Shown piece after piece: positions 18,513 to 30,201 of a stretch of DNA of 64,000 bases. Numbering within the stretch: position 1 is the first letter of the stretch; every line of letters begins with the position of its first letter. The notes under the pieces are model-generated. The model saw only the letters and a program-made list of their open reading frames with translations, was not told the DNA's origin and made no database searches. The translations under genes were made by a program, and so were the position numbers. Source of the DNA: a virus. The DNA is taken from IMG/VR virus record IMGVR_UViG_3300029922_000029, positions 32,001 through 96,000 of that record; one strand, 5' to 3'.

Positions 18513-19645
18513 ATCCGCTATGAAGTAGAATCGTCATCCTTTCAAACTACAAACACCACCGGAACCCCACCATGAAAAAACTGATTGTGCTGTTTTCGGC
18601 CATCTTGCTCAGCCTGCTCTATTACACCTTCACGTTGACGGAGTCCTTGTCAAACAGTGAATCTCAGGAGAACAGTAAACAAGCTACCATCGACGACCTC
18701 TCGAAATGGCTTGCCGAATCGCGACTTCAAACGATCCAAGCTGAAATCGAAATCAAAAAGAACAAGCTCATCACGGAAGCAGAATGCTCCATCAGGCTTC
18801 TTGAGGTTGCGAAGAAGGCCGAGCCACCTCAAAATGATGAATCCGTAACGGATCCGCAAGTTGTTTGGACTTCGGCTTATGGAACTCGGGAGACTTCGGG
18901 GACATCTGTCAGTGATCGATATGAAAAGGAGCAGGCAAATGAGTAAAATAGGTAAACCGATCCGATCGAGACTGAATCAGGTTGAGCGAGGAGTTTACGA
19001 AAAAAATCTTTCAATGGGAAGTATGAGAAGCGCTAAGGAAGATGCAGAAATCATTCTAGAGTTGGATGACGCCCTAATCATCATGACGAAGCGTTACGAA
19101 GACCAGCTTTCATGCTGGCAAGTCAGCGAGCACGAATTCATCACGAAACGTGAAGCAGGTTATCTGGCGAAAATAGCCGAACTTGAGAAAAGACCGGCCA
19201 CAGGGCCTCGTGAGTGGTCAATAACGGAACAGTACATCATCGACGGCCCAGATCTGATTGAAGGCGAAGTGGTTACGGTCGTAGAAGTCTTGGAAGGAAA
19301 ATAGTATGGATAGCAGTGGAAAAATTCATCATCTCACAGAAGAAGAATCAGCAGCAACCAAGCTTCGGTATGACGCCGAGACGGCGGCAGGAGAGAAGCA
19401 CGAGATGACTCCCATCACGGAGAAGCTGGCTCGATTCATGGCTTCACGGAGCAAACTCTTTCGGGAGACGTGGGGTAGGAAGTTCTCTCGTGGGCTCACG
19501 CCAGTCGAGAAGAATGGGCTACAGACGATGTTGTTCGAGTTTCTCCACAAGGAGAAGGACGCGCAACTGAAGAAGTTGGGTGATATCCCCATGCAGCGTC
19601 ATCAAGCAGCCCAGATTGTTATGGCCCCAGAAGGAGAGCGAAGTC

Positions 19646-20026
19646 ATGAAAGAAGTATCGCAGCCGAACAAATCCTTGGAGAGCGAATCCGCGGGCAACG
19701 AGTCGAAGACATGCCTGACGGAAGCTGAACTCAAACTCATCGACAGGGCATGGAAGTCGGGTCAATTCCAGAATTATGTGCAAGGGCCTGCGAACGCCAC
19801 GATGCTTGTAGCAAAGATGGTAAAAGAAATTAGGCGTCTGCGGATAAAGTGCGGGGAAAGCCGGATGATTATGGGTTACTTGGTCCCTTGGGATACCTGT
19901 AGCATCTGCGGAAACAAGGCAGAATCGAAGGAGGACCTTTGTGGTCATCTTAGGGTCAACAGAGATCAGGTACACCCCGATCCACTTCGGCCACTGCAAA
20001 AGGTGCCGGAAGATCCGAACGTTTAA
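19646..20026 (+). CDS. hypothetical protein carrying a prohead-protease-like CxxC...CxH motif
   Basis: AAGGAG RBS; MGYLVPWDTCSICGNKAESKEDLCGHLR. Confidence 0.7.
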   Translation: MKEVSQPNKSLESESAGNESKTCLTEAELKLIDRAWKSGQFQNYVQGPANATMLVAKMVKEIRRLRIKCGESRMIMGYLVPWDTCSICGNKAESKEDLCGHLRVNRDQVHPDPLRPLQKVPEDPNV

Positions 20027-20335
20027 GTGTACTTTCTCACTGCCATTCGTTATGTATTGGTGCAGTCACTGCCGATTAGGTGGGTCGGCCACAACCTTGA
20101 GAGAATGGAGTAAGAAATGCAGGTCACGCAAATGAATCTGATCTTCGATGTTTTCTTTCTGGCAAGTCCTCTCATCTTGTTGGGCATAGGCATCTTCCGC
20201 TACCTCGAGCACGGGTGGGGTGCCTGCTGGTTGGAATTTCTGTTTGCACTCTTTCTGTTGTGTTTTGTGGTAAATTCGGTGCGGGAAATGGGCTGGTTCC
20301 CGGCGAGTGGGTATTAAGCTGATGACGGCGAAAGG

Positions 20336-20593
20336 TTGTTGATGGCAGCACATACCGTTCAGTTCATTGTCTACTTTGATGATTCCAAGAAGCGTCGCAA
20401 TCTTTGCTGGCCGGGAACAAAGGAGAAGCTCCCTATTCCATCCTGCGAGTTCTGTCACCGGGAACCACCCGAGGTAAAACGGTTCTTGATCTTAGAGGGG
20501 GTATCTCTGTGTGCGGAGTGTGTGGAGCTCGATCTGAAGAGGATGCGGGAGACCGAAGAGCGTTCTGAACGCCAGAGAGGGATAGAGAAATGA
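20336..20593 (+). CDS. ClpX C4-type zinc-finger protein
   Basis: CEFCHREPPEVKRFLILEGVSLCAECVEL resembles the ClpX ZBD consensus CSFCGK...EV.KLI.G..V.IC.ECV.L. Confidence 0.75.
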   Translation: MLMAAHTVQFIVYFDDSKKRRNLCWPGTKEKLPIPSCEFCHREPPEVKRFLILEGVSLCAECVELDLKRMRETEERSERQRGIEK

Positions 20594-21000
20594 GCCACTA
20601 CTGCGGCCACGGATTCATCAAGGCTTGCCAGAAATGCTTCGACGAGAAAATGGGCGTTGCCCAAGACAGGATCAAGACCCTCGAGAAAGCTCTCCACGAA
20701 CTCTGTGAGCTCAAGATCGTCAAGGATGTGCAGGGTGACGTGCCCTGGTATCGGGAGCGTAAGGGGCCGGCATGGGCGAGTGCTTTTGCTTGCTTTCCGG
20801 AGTACGCCAAGGAGGAGGCTCTGAATGGAGCAGAAACTTCGTAAAAACGTAGGAGATGTATTGCACCTCGTGGTATCAGCACTGACCAAAGCTAAAATCA
20901 CACAAGATGACTACAACTTTGACAGGTACAGCACACTCCTTAAGGCCAGGCTTCTCACGCAAGCTGAAATTAATGATTGTATGGAGTACCTGGAGCCTTC

Positions 21001-21333
21001 ATGAAAACCGTCATCAAGAGCAAAAATCTCAGTTTCCAAGAAGCAGTGAGTGCCTGGAAAACCGACAAGCGCAGGTTCAGGCGAAAGGACGATGAGTACT
21101 GGCATGAGATGCACGAAGGAAAGTTGACCCGTGGCGAAGGCGGCAACGGGATCCGAGGACTCACTGTAGATGATGCTCTGGCTCAAGATTGGGAGCTCGA
21201 GCAGATCTATAGGCAGTGCAGTGCCGAGGAAATCATTGAGGCCATGCTCATCTCTGTCCGTCAAACCGCTAACCATCGTCTGGGCCCTATGGAGCATCTG
21301 AACAATGCTCTGATTGAGCTCGGGCTCCTCTAG
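21001..21333 (+). CDS. DUF2829/Tad2-like domain protein
   Basis: LSFQEAV...K..KRRFRRK...DALAQDWEL. Confidence 0.6.
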   Translation: MKTVIKSKNLSFQEAVSAWKTDKRRFRRKDDEYWHEMHEGKLTRGEGGNGIRGLTVDDALAQDWELEQIYRQCSAEEIIEAMLISVRQTANHRLGPMEHLNNALIELGLL

Positions 21334-21731
21334 GAGTTATCGTATGTACAACGGTCCCCTGAAAAAGACGCCGCCTGGATTTGGTCTGAGTCTATTCGTC
21401 TTGATCCTGAGTGTAGGTTTTGTTACATCAGGCAGTATGCTTCTCTATATTTCATACAAACTAATTCGCGCCGCAGGAGGTCATCCATGAAGAAGGTCCA
21501 CGTAAAACAAGTCCCTGAAGCCGAAGTCCCCGTTGAGATCCTGGCCTCCTCGATTGTCCAGGTCGCCGCCGGCATGAAGCGGATCAATGAATCCCGGCTG
21601 ACTCGTAAGGCACTCGTTGTGCTCCTCGTTCATGATACGGGCTTGGGCCACGGAGCCGTATCCACTGTTCTCGATAGTCTCGACTCACTCGAGGCTACGT
21701 ACCTCAAACCCCTGAAGAAGTAACTGAAGAT

Positions 21732-21995
21732 TTGTCCGGTGCTTTCCCGGGCAATCATGGCGGTGGGTCGTAAGGGTCGAAGTGCGGTAAAGTCCAAACT
21801 AGATTCCTGAACTCACCGCCTGAATTTTACAAAGATTGTCGCGGCGCTGGCTCTGTTTTACCGCGCGGTACCTAAACGGACCTAGGTACCCAGGGCGCGA
21901 CATGATGGCGGTGGGCGTAGAGGCCGGGTTTGATCCCCACCTCTCGTGGCAATATGGTCTGGCGCGGCCAGGCTGATGAAGCCGACCCACCGCCT
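21732..21995 (+). ncRNA. putative structured RNA cluster (four consecutive stem-loops)
   Basis: Gap of about 270 nt in an otherwise gene-dense region. Two stems are closed by GGCGGTGGG/CYCACCGCC, and there are nested helices. Confidence 0.45.
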
Positions 21996-22019
21996 TATTT
22001 TAAGTTTTTCTGGTATAGG
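21992..22019 (+). promoter_or_regulatory. bipartite phage promoter-like motif copy 4 (weak upstream box, GCCT-N16-GGTATAGG)
   Basis: 6 nt before ATG22026. Confidence 0.5.
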
Positions 22020-22025
22020 TTCAGT

Positions 22026-22529
22026 ATGGCAACTGCAATCAAAATGACATCCGCCGATATCGAGCTCGCCCTCACACATGCCGGTGCGCCGCTTTGCAGG
22101 CGGCGTTGGGTCGTGGTGCCCAATGTGAGTTGGGGATGGGGCCTTCGATATGAGGCCGATCTGATTGCGCTCAGCAAGACCGGCAACGCTACTGAGGTAG
22201 AAATCAAAGTCAGCAAGTACGATCTCCGTGCCGATGCCGCTAAGGATAAGTGGAAAGATGGGATTTCAAAAAAGATCTCTAGGTTTTTCTATGCCGTACC
22301 TTCTGAACTAGAGCAAGAAGCTCTAGCCGTCATTCCGCCCGACTGCGGGCTCTATGTCGTTACTGAATCTAAGTCAGGTCTCCGGACAGCTAAGATAGTT
22401 AGACCAGCAAAGGAGCGCGCTGGATCCCGAAAGCCAGATGCCGAAGAGATTCTGAAGCTGCACCATCTGGCCTGCATGCGGTATTGGGATCTCAGGAGTC
22501 GGCAGAACACAAATCGAGCTCAATCGTGA
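22026..22529 (+). CDS. MmcB-like PD-(D/E)XK nuclease
   Basis: EADLIAL...EVEIKVSKYDLRAD..K.KW...FFYAVP...GL. Confidence 0.75.
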   Translation: MATAIKMTSADIELALTHAGAPLCRRRWVVVPNVSWGWGLRYEADLIALSKTGNATEVEIKVSKYDLRADAAKDKWKDGISKKISRFFYAVPSELEQEALAVIPPDCGLYVVTESKSGLRTAKIVRPAKERAGSRKPDAEEILKLHHLACMRYWDLRSRQNTNRAQS

Positions 22530-23442
22530 AAGGTCTAGTTGGACATGAGTTATACAGAATTGAAAGTACGGTTTCCGGTGGGTCGAAAGGATTATTCTTG
22601 CGAGTGGTGCGCGCAAACCATTCCTAAAGCCGAAAAACATTTTCACCGCACCTATATTTGGGAGAATGAATTCAATGATGGTCGTATGCATTTGGAGTGC
22701 GAAAGGGCTATGCACGAGGTGCCACGTGAGCATCTAGACGAGGGTTGGACTCCAGGTGATTATGCGCGCGGATCAGTTGACAGTATTTGAAAAAGAAAGG
22801 ACATCATGCCCAAGAAAACCAAAGTAGTAGCGAAGAGCATCAAAGTCTATCCGGCGAACATAAGGAAAGCATTTCAGAAGGAGATGGATCAACAAGCGAG
22901 GTCAGTAGCGCTCCATCAATCCAAGTCCAGATCAAACCGACCAAAGCCCCATCGGTTTGTAGTGATGCTCAACCAAGAACTCCTGGATGCGCAGATTCAA
23001 GAGGTGCTCCGCTTGAAGGAGAAACACGCCCTTCGGGGGAAGAGCCCAGTGGTCAAGGAAGTTTTTGTTGATTCCGATGATCTGTTCTATGGGATTCTCG
23101 GTGCATTGAAAGATATGCCATTTGCGCTTCCGATCAAAGAGCGGGCTGCATTCATAAAACTGAGAGTTGCTAAGGTTTTGGAGGAATCGGGTATTCGGGT
23201 AGGCCTAACATGAAATCAAAGCTAACCGTTCGTAGAGAACTCAACCGCCTCGTGAGAAGTGAGAAGAACATCAAGGATCCAGTCGAAGCATCTAAAGCAT
23301 CTATGGTCTTAGCTCTTCGATGGGTGATGGATGATGGCACTCACGGCACTTTGCAGCCCAGCAGAATCATCGAGATGATGGAGCAGGTATCCAAGTTGCA
23401 CACCAACAGAAAAGGAATCACGAATGGGTTTTGACGTGACAC

Positions 23443-23784
23443 ATGACTGACTGGGTGATAACACTCCCCAAGGCTATCGAATGGTCTGATTATGAGAAAG
23501 AGTTCGCAGCAGTCAAGGACTGGAGCCAGGTGATGAATTATCGCCTGGCTCGTTTCCCCAAGGGCTTACAGTCTAACGACCGGTGCTTTGTCTGCTACCG
23601 CGGTAAGATCAGAGGTTGGATGCGGATCGTGAGCTGGAAGCTTCATTGGTATGACATGGTTTGCTCCACCACCGGAGCGCCCTGGCCGAAGGGTTTTTAT
23701 CTTCACCGATCAGGCCCGTTCACTTATGTAGACGGACCCGAAATGCGGGGATTTCAGGGTATAAGGAGACTGAAGCATGAGTAA
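23443..23784 (+). CDS. hypothetical protein, possibly PUA/ASCH/EVE-like
   Basis: DRCFVCYRGKIRG and C-terminal RGFQGIR motif. Confidence 0.4.
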   Translation: MTDWVITLPKAIEWSDYEKEFAAVKDWSQVMNYRLARFPKGLQSNDRCFVCYRGKIRGWMRIVSWKLHWYDMVCSTTGAPWPKGFYLHRSGPFTYVDGPEMRGFQGIRRLKHE

Positions 23785-24014
23785 GACCTACACAATCAAG
23801 CCTTTCACTCTTGAAGGTTTCCGCGCCGTAATGAAACAAGTGATGGAGGCCGGTCTGCAAGCAGAGCCGACCCTGTGCTTCAGATGTAACCGTCCCTTCG
23901 ATGGAAGACTTCCCAGGAATCATGCCCTAGTGAAAGCTTTCTGTGCGCTCTGCCTAGCGGAGCCCGATATCGAGGATTTCCAACGAGCAGTCGCTTATTT
24001 AAACGGAGTTAAAA

Positions 24015-24362
24015 ATGAAGATCGATGAAGCAGCAAAGACAGGCTTACCTCTCAGAAGAAGCGGCTGGAGTGATTGGTTGACCGAACAAACCTGTGCAGG
24101 AACCATGGGAGGAGACAGTGTTCAGGCCCTCTGTTTTCCTGATCGAGTCAATCCTCATTTGGATTTTGAGGATCTTACGGCAGACGACTGGGAAGTCCAG
24201 CACAAGCCCATGAACCTGATTGAGGCTGTGCAGAGTGGTAAGCCCTTCAAAAGATCAGGCTGGGTAGAATTCATGGACTTCGCGAAGAAGTCTCCTGCTC
24301 AGGCTCAAGGCTTTTACCGCGAAGACCTTCTGGCGACTGACTACATTCTGGAGGACTCGTGA
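24015..24362 (+). CDS. tandem DUF2829/Tad2-like domain protein
   Basis: Two repeats: EAAKTGLPLRRSGW...EDLTADDWEV and EAVQSGKPFKRSGW...EDLLATDYIL. Confidence 0.7.
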   Translation: MKIDEAAKTGLPLRRSGWSDWLTEQTCAGTMGGDSVQALCFPDRVNPHLDFEDLTADDWEVQHKPMNLIEAVQSGKPFKRSGWVEFMDFAKKSPAQAQGFYREDLLATDYILEDS

Positions 24363-24742
24363 TCCAAAGCGAAACCGCACCATTCATCAGAGGCTCAACC
24401 GAAATCATCGTCACCGGCGGCCGCGACTATAAAGATGCTAAAAGAGTGCAAGAAGTCCTGACCCTCTTCTATCCAAAAACCATCATCCAAGGCGGAGCCA
24501 AGGGTGCCGATCATCTCGCCCGAATGTTTGCGTCCGAGTTCAATCTCAAGTGCGTCAGCTGGCCGGCCGACTGGGACCAGTGGGGCAAGGCAGCGGGCCC
24601 GAGGCGAAACAAGGAGATGATCTTGGCTCATCCGAACGCAATTGTTGTAGCTTTTCCTGGTGGGGCCGGAACGGAGAACTGTGTGGAGTTTGCGATCAGG
24701 CAGAAGAGATTGGTTCTCAGGGTGGAGCCGCAATGGACTTAA
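24359..24742 (+). CDS. SLOG-family (DUF2493/YspA-like) protein
   Basis: IIVTGGRDY, IIQGGAKGAD, PADW...GKAAGPRRN.EM, VAFPGG.GT. Confidence 0.88.
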   Translation: MIQSETAPFIRGSTEIIVTGGRDYKDAKRVQEVLTLFYPKTIIQGGAKGADHLARMFASEFNLKCVSWPADWDQWGKAAGPRRNKEMILAHPNAIVVAFPGGAGTENCVEFAIRQKRLVLRVEPQWT

Positions 24743-26854
24743 AACCCCACCCTCTCGACAACACCCTGATTCAGTACATCAACGCCGCAGAGGATGCTGG
24801 GTATGAGTGGGAGATCAGCGGTGGTCGCATGAGCAAGGAATCGTCCGTGGTCTTGCATCACGCTATCGATAGGACGGTATATAGCACGGACTCACAACCC
24901 AACTACGCATTCCACAGCGCCCTCAAGAAAGCAGGAGTTATCCGTGAGTAGGGTGGGTTGGATCGAAGCAACCCTTTTGTTGTTGTTTTTGGGTGTCATC
25001 GCTTATTTCACTATGCAATTGGTCATACAATAGGAGAGCCGAATGAGTCAGGAAACCCTCGTAGAAAAGCACCTTCGCGGCGCCACAACCGAAGAAGAAG
25101 ACGAAAGACTCGAGGCCGACCCGAAAGCCTGGAAAGACGAGCTGACCAAGATCATCATCGATTGTGACCGCGAGATGCAGACTGCTAAGGCTAGATCGAT
25201 CGAAGAAAAAACACCGGCCGCGAAGCTCGCCTACGAACAAGTGAAGATCATCTGTATCGCGAAGAAGCAGAAGGCTGTCGAGGTTTCGCGTGAGCTGAAG
25301 GAACAGCTACGGGGGCCGAGTCACACTGAGAGTACGAGCGTCCTGTCACAGAAATCTCAAATGGTTATAGAGTTGCAGGCGATCCGGGCTATCTTGGAAA
25401 GAATGGAGCAACGAGCATGAGAAAATGGGGACAGAAAAAGTATCGACCAGGAGCGGTATGGCAGGCAAAAGACTACGATACTTCGCCGCAGCCCGTACAC
25501 TTTCAGATTATTGCACCTGGCGAATTTCCGAATGAACGGAAGTGCACCATCATCCACAAGTACTCGCATCACGAAAAGCATAACACGGAGGGTGTCTACA
25601 CGCTCAGGCATCTGAAGAAGCACTTTGTTTGCATCAAAGAAGGAAAATGATATGAGAGACCTGAAGATCAACCCAAGCAATTTTGAAATCAGCCTCAGGG
25701 AAGAGAACCTCGAAAAGGCCGTCGACCGAACTGAAATCAGTGCTGCTACTGTCTGCATGATTTTTGGCGATCAAAGCGTAGAGCAATGTATAGACGCGAA
25801 AGAGGCCGCAGCCATCGGGAAGTGGTTCTCTGCTTTGGCGCTTCGCCTGAAGCAATTCGATAAACGGGCCAACAAAATCGCACCTCAGCGTGAATCTTCG
25901 GAGTGCTAACCATGAAAATTATAGTCGGTCACATCTGTTTGATGATTTTCCTCATGAACGTATAGTTGCTTCTCCACCCCAGAATGAAGGTAGATTTTGT
26001 TGCTGCGCTTATCTGGGGCGTCTGTCTGGGTATTTTTTCTGGAGCAGCTCATCTGCTGCTTTTTGGGTAAGCCGTGAAAAAACGAATCAAAGTCTTCGTG
26101 GGTAGAAGTAAGGACTCCAACTGGGAGCTCGCTGAAAAGATTGGGATCGATCTCAATACGGCAGCGGTTAGTGAATTCTCTCACCTCGCAACCGAAGTGG
26201 AGCTCATAGTCGATGTAGACACTGTATCAGGCAGACATGAGATCGTAGCCTGTGATGGTAAATTCCTCGGAGACGAATTGGTTAGTTCCGGAGAAGTCGA
26301 GGTATGCGAATGAAACTTTTATTTGCTGCCGTCTTTCTTCTGATGGTGGGGTGCGCTTTTACGGTCATTGGCTACAGACACGTTGTGTCAGGCTTTCCGA
26401 AAATACAGAAGCCCAAATGACCAACGAACAGCAAGTCCAGTACCTCGCGAAAGAGTACGGGTTCAATGAGGTGATGCAAGCGGTCTTGTTGAAGGCATTG
26501 GACCACGCCTTCAACCAGGGTATGATGCACGTCCGCGTGGACCGTCAATACGTGAGCGTGCACGGGACTGATGGATGCCTGAACTGTGAGACCGGCCGTA
26601 TCACGACCTATGCCCATTCGAGGTGGTGTGTGGAGTGTTTACATGAGAAGGAGACGAGAAGATGCAAAAAATAAACCAGCTCAAGATGGCTAAGGCATCC
26701 GCTTCGATCGGATACGCGATCGGAGTCATGGAGGGTTTAGCTGATCTCTGTAGGGGGTTGAATAAGAGACAGAAGGAATGCCTCGACGATGCTTGCGAAG
26801 GGCTACAATCCATTGATCTGTGCGAGATTATGGGAATCACGGGGGAGAGGCCCG

Positions 26855-27466
26855 ATGCATAAGATCTGGCTGACCTCTGACCAGCACTTTGGACATCGGA
26901 ACGTTATCACCTACTGTTCTCGGCCCTTCAAAGATGTGGATCACATGAAAGAAGAGCTCGTGAGTCGGTTCAACGCAAAGGTGAGCCATGATGACATGAC
27001 TTGGCACCTGGGCGACTTCTCCATGCATCCGCGCGAGCTAGATGTGCTGCGAAGACTGAATGGTTGGCATGCCCTAGTTGTTGGAAATCATGATGGCTGC
27101 CATCCGGTTCAGTGTAAGAGCGATGAAAAGCTGAAGCGACTGACGCAAGTCTACCTGGATGCTGGTTTCGCTGAGGTATCTACCGAAGATAAACTAGTGA
27201 TGACGGATCACCCGTTTGAAACCATTAAACTCCATCACATGCCGTACAGTGGTGACCACGGAGAGAAGGAGCGATTCACGCAGTACAGGCCCCAAGATGA
27301 CGGACTCTGGCTACTTCACGGGCACGTCCATACGGAATGGAAAGTTCGTGGTAAGCAGATTAATATCGGTGTTGACCAGTGGGGCTATGCGCCAGTAGCA
27401 CTCGACACGATCAAAGAGATCGTACGTAACAAGGAGAATAAAAATGACGGTCACGCTGACAAATGA
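26855..27466 (+). CDS. calcineurin-like metallophosphoesterase
   Basis: SDQHFGH, LGDF, GNHD, HGHVH, NIGVD. Confidence 0.9.
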   Translation: MHKIWLTSDQHFGHRNVITYCSRPFKDVDHMKEELVSRFNAKVSHDDMTWHLGDFSMHPRELDVLRRLNGWHALVVGNHDGCHPVQCKSDEKLKRLTQVYLDAGFAEVSTEDKLVMTDHPFETIKLHHMPYSGDHGEKERFTQYRPQDDGLWLLHGHVHTEWKVRGKQINIGVDQWGYAPVALDTIKEIVRNKENKNDGHADK

Positions 27467-28926
27467 AGGCATGTGGTTTGTTTCTTTTGTAGTTCTGGTA
27501 GGTGCGATAGCCGGGGGGCTCTGCTTCAACCACCTTGTGTCGCAAATCAAAAAATGAAGATCCGAGTCGAAGACGGATTCGGCCGGCCAGTGGGGATGCT
27601 AGAGATTCCGGAGAGCTTCACCGCCCAGGTGTCCGTCCGGATTGAGTGGCATACTAAGATCAAGCACGGCCTGAATGAGCACGGCTACGTGCACAGTATC
27701 GTTCTACCTCTTGGAGAGGTCATACCCTATGGCTGGCACATCAGGACCGGTTGGAAAGAGCGGGAGCGGCTCAAACGTGCCGGGCTTCTGTTGCCTTACG
27801 AGGAGATCATACGGTACCGGCTGAACGAGGAGAAAACAAAATGGGTGAAGATTTAGTCAGGCCAAGCGGTGAAGATCGAGTCAGTGTAAGTAATGAAGAT
27901 CGAGTCAGGCCAAGCATGGGTGCTCTAGTTAGTGCAAGCAGTGAAGGTCCAGTCAGTCCAGCCAGTGGCGCTCCAGTCGACCCCAAAGAGAAGTACCTCC
28001 TGATTGTCCGCCGCTGGAAATACTACTGGATGAGTCAAGAAGACAGCTACCCGGAACGCGCTAGGAGGGTGGATGCCAACATGGTCCATGACCTGGCTCG
28101 AAGGCTGGCTGATGAAGAGTTCGGGCCTACCTCAATCACGAAAACAAAGGAGAATGAAAATGGTGAAGATCGATCTGGCAGACCTGAAGAAAATGTCCCA
28201 GGCACTCCTTAAGGATCCGACCAATAACAAGGCCCACACTGAGTTCCGGATTCAGTTCAATCCGATTTTAGTGGCTCACTTGCTCGACGACCTCGAGTAT
28301 GCACTTAAGCTGTTGAAAGAGGGGAAGACCAAATTCGCGCCCCACACAACAAACAGTAATGTGGATGATTTCCTGAAGAAGTATGAGGTGAAAGGGTGAA
28401 AAAATTCGAGAAAGGTACCCGCGTCCGGTTTCATGGGTTTGCCTGGAATTCAGCATCCATGACAGCTGCTCTTTGTAAGGATGTCTGCCGCCTAGTTGAG
28501 GAGGACTTCGATTGGCCTGTGCCTATCATGTGGAAAGTGAAAAATGAAATCTCTGGGCGAACCCATATCGTCCATCCTTTTCAATGTAGGAAGATGAAGA
28601 AGCAGGACATATGAGAGTTAAAAACTACAGTAAAGAAACAGTGACGACCGAAGACCTTAAACGCCATAACGAAAAGTATTCGGACTCAAGTGAAGAATCA
28701 CGTACTCCTGAAGCCATCCTCGCTGACTTTCAAGATGAAGACTCTGCAATCAGTATGATGGAACTTCACTATCTGGCATGCTGGCTCATGACTGAACGTG
28801 AGCAGTTTAAAAAAGCACTCGAGGAGATTGACAGTTTCGATGCCGATCCATTTCTTCATAACCATGCCAACCCGGCAATGTGTGCGATCTGTGTCGCTAA
28901 GCGAGCCCTCGGAAAAGAGGAGTGAG

Positions 28927-29409
28927 ATGAGCGCAATTCTAAGCCCTGACCTTAAGTACCGCTATGTCCTGACTCGCCAAATCCCACAAGCGGTGAGGTG
29001 GGTGAAGCCCTGTCTGTTTGTAATGTTAAATCCATCGAAAGCAACAGCCGAGCTCGACGACCCCACAATCCGGAGATGCCTTGGCTTTGCGAAACGTGAA
29101 GTCTGTACCTCGCTGACAGTCGTCAATCTTTTCGCTCTCCGGTCCACCGACCCAAAAGCGCTTCTGAAAGCAGAAGATCCAGTGGGGATAGAGAACGACC
29201 ACCATATCCAAGAGCAGGTACTTAAGCACTCCACGGGCTGGATCATTGCGGCATGGGGCGCTCATCCGATGGCAATCAAACGAGCCCAGCATGTCATTCC
29301 GATGCTGGGTGATGTTCACTGTTTGGGTACCACCAAAAACGGAAGTCCGCGGCATCCGCTCTATGTGAGGTCGGATCAACCGTTCGTTAAATATAAAGGA
29401 GCCGTATGA
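28927..29409 (+). CDS. DUF1643 protein
   Basis: YRYVL.R, FVMLNPS.A...DDPTIRRC, NLFALRSTDP, AWG, G.PRHPLY. Confidence 0.9.
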   Translation: MSAILSPDLKYRYVLTRQIPQAVRWVKPCLFVMLNPSKATAELDDPTIRRCLGFAKREVCTSLTVVNLFALRSTDPKALLKAEDPVGIENDHHIQEQVLKHSTGWIIAAWGAHPMAIKRAQHVIPMLGDVHCLGTTKNGSPRHPLYVRSDQPFVKYKGAV

Positions 29410-29835
29410 CCCCAGCAGAAACAAAAGCCTACAACAAAGGCTTAGAAGCCGCAGCCAAGCTGGCGGGTTACCAAGTCTTTGAGGTGCGGGATGAAAAGAA
29501 CCGACTGCACACATGGCAAGTCGGAGAGGCTATCGCGAAGCTGATCCGAGCCAAGAAAAAGAAAGTCAAATGACTCTCTACCAACTGTGGGAGCAAATTG
29601 GAACTATCGGGCTAAGGGACTCTGATCCCGGCTGCTTCAAGTTCTACCAGCTTCAGGAGCGTAGAGCCTACGCCGGCGACCACCAGCCTGTGCTAGATTT
29701 GATCAAGTACCTACTGAAGGAGCGTGACCATTACAGGGACTTATTCCTGGATAAAAAACTCAGCGAGCCGTTGCCACCGATAGTTTTGTGTAAGTGTTGC
29801 GCTCCAGCCGTGCAACTAGAAGGACCAAAAACAAA

Positions 29836-30201
29836 ATGACAAAAGACGAAAGAAAAGTCCTCCGTGATCTAGCTAATCAATCTACCTTGGTGAATGCCTG
29901 GTATCCCCATCACGGCGGAAAAGATAGTACGGCCGAAGCAACAGTCCGCGGTCCGTTCAATCGTTGGTTCAAGTGCACAAACATTGAGCTTAAGTACAGC
30001 CATCATGTCGCTGAAGACTACGACGACTGCCGGTTCGCCGCGGCCGCGATGAATAATCTGGTCCCATTACTGGATGAAGTGGACCGACTGGAGGCCGAGA
30101 CCAAGAAGCTGCGAGCCCTTGTCAACAAAAACGCTGAAGCCTGCGAAGGGCTGAGCCAGGAAATCGACAGACTTTGCCGCGCGCAGAACAATTCCAGATA
30201 A
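29836..30201 (+). CDS. Ead/Ea22-like protein
   Basis: LRDLA...W...D.RFAAAA.N....LLDEVDRLE. Confidence 0.6.
   Translation: MTKDERKVLRDLANQSTLVNAWYPHHGGKDSTAEATVRGPFNRWFKCTNIELKYSHHVAEDYDDCRFAAAAMNNLVPLLDEVDRLEAETKKLRALVNKNAEACEGLSQEIDRLCRAQNNSR

Noticed and set aside
21973-21995. CTGATGA as a hammerhead ribozyme core
   Set aside because: No correctly placed GAAA or stem II follows.
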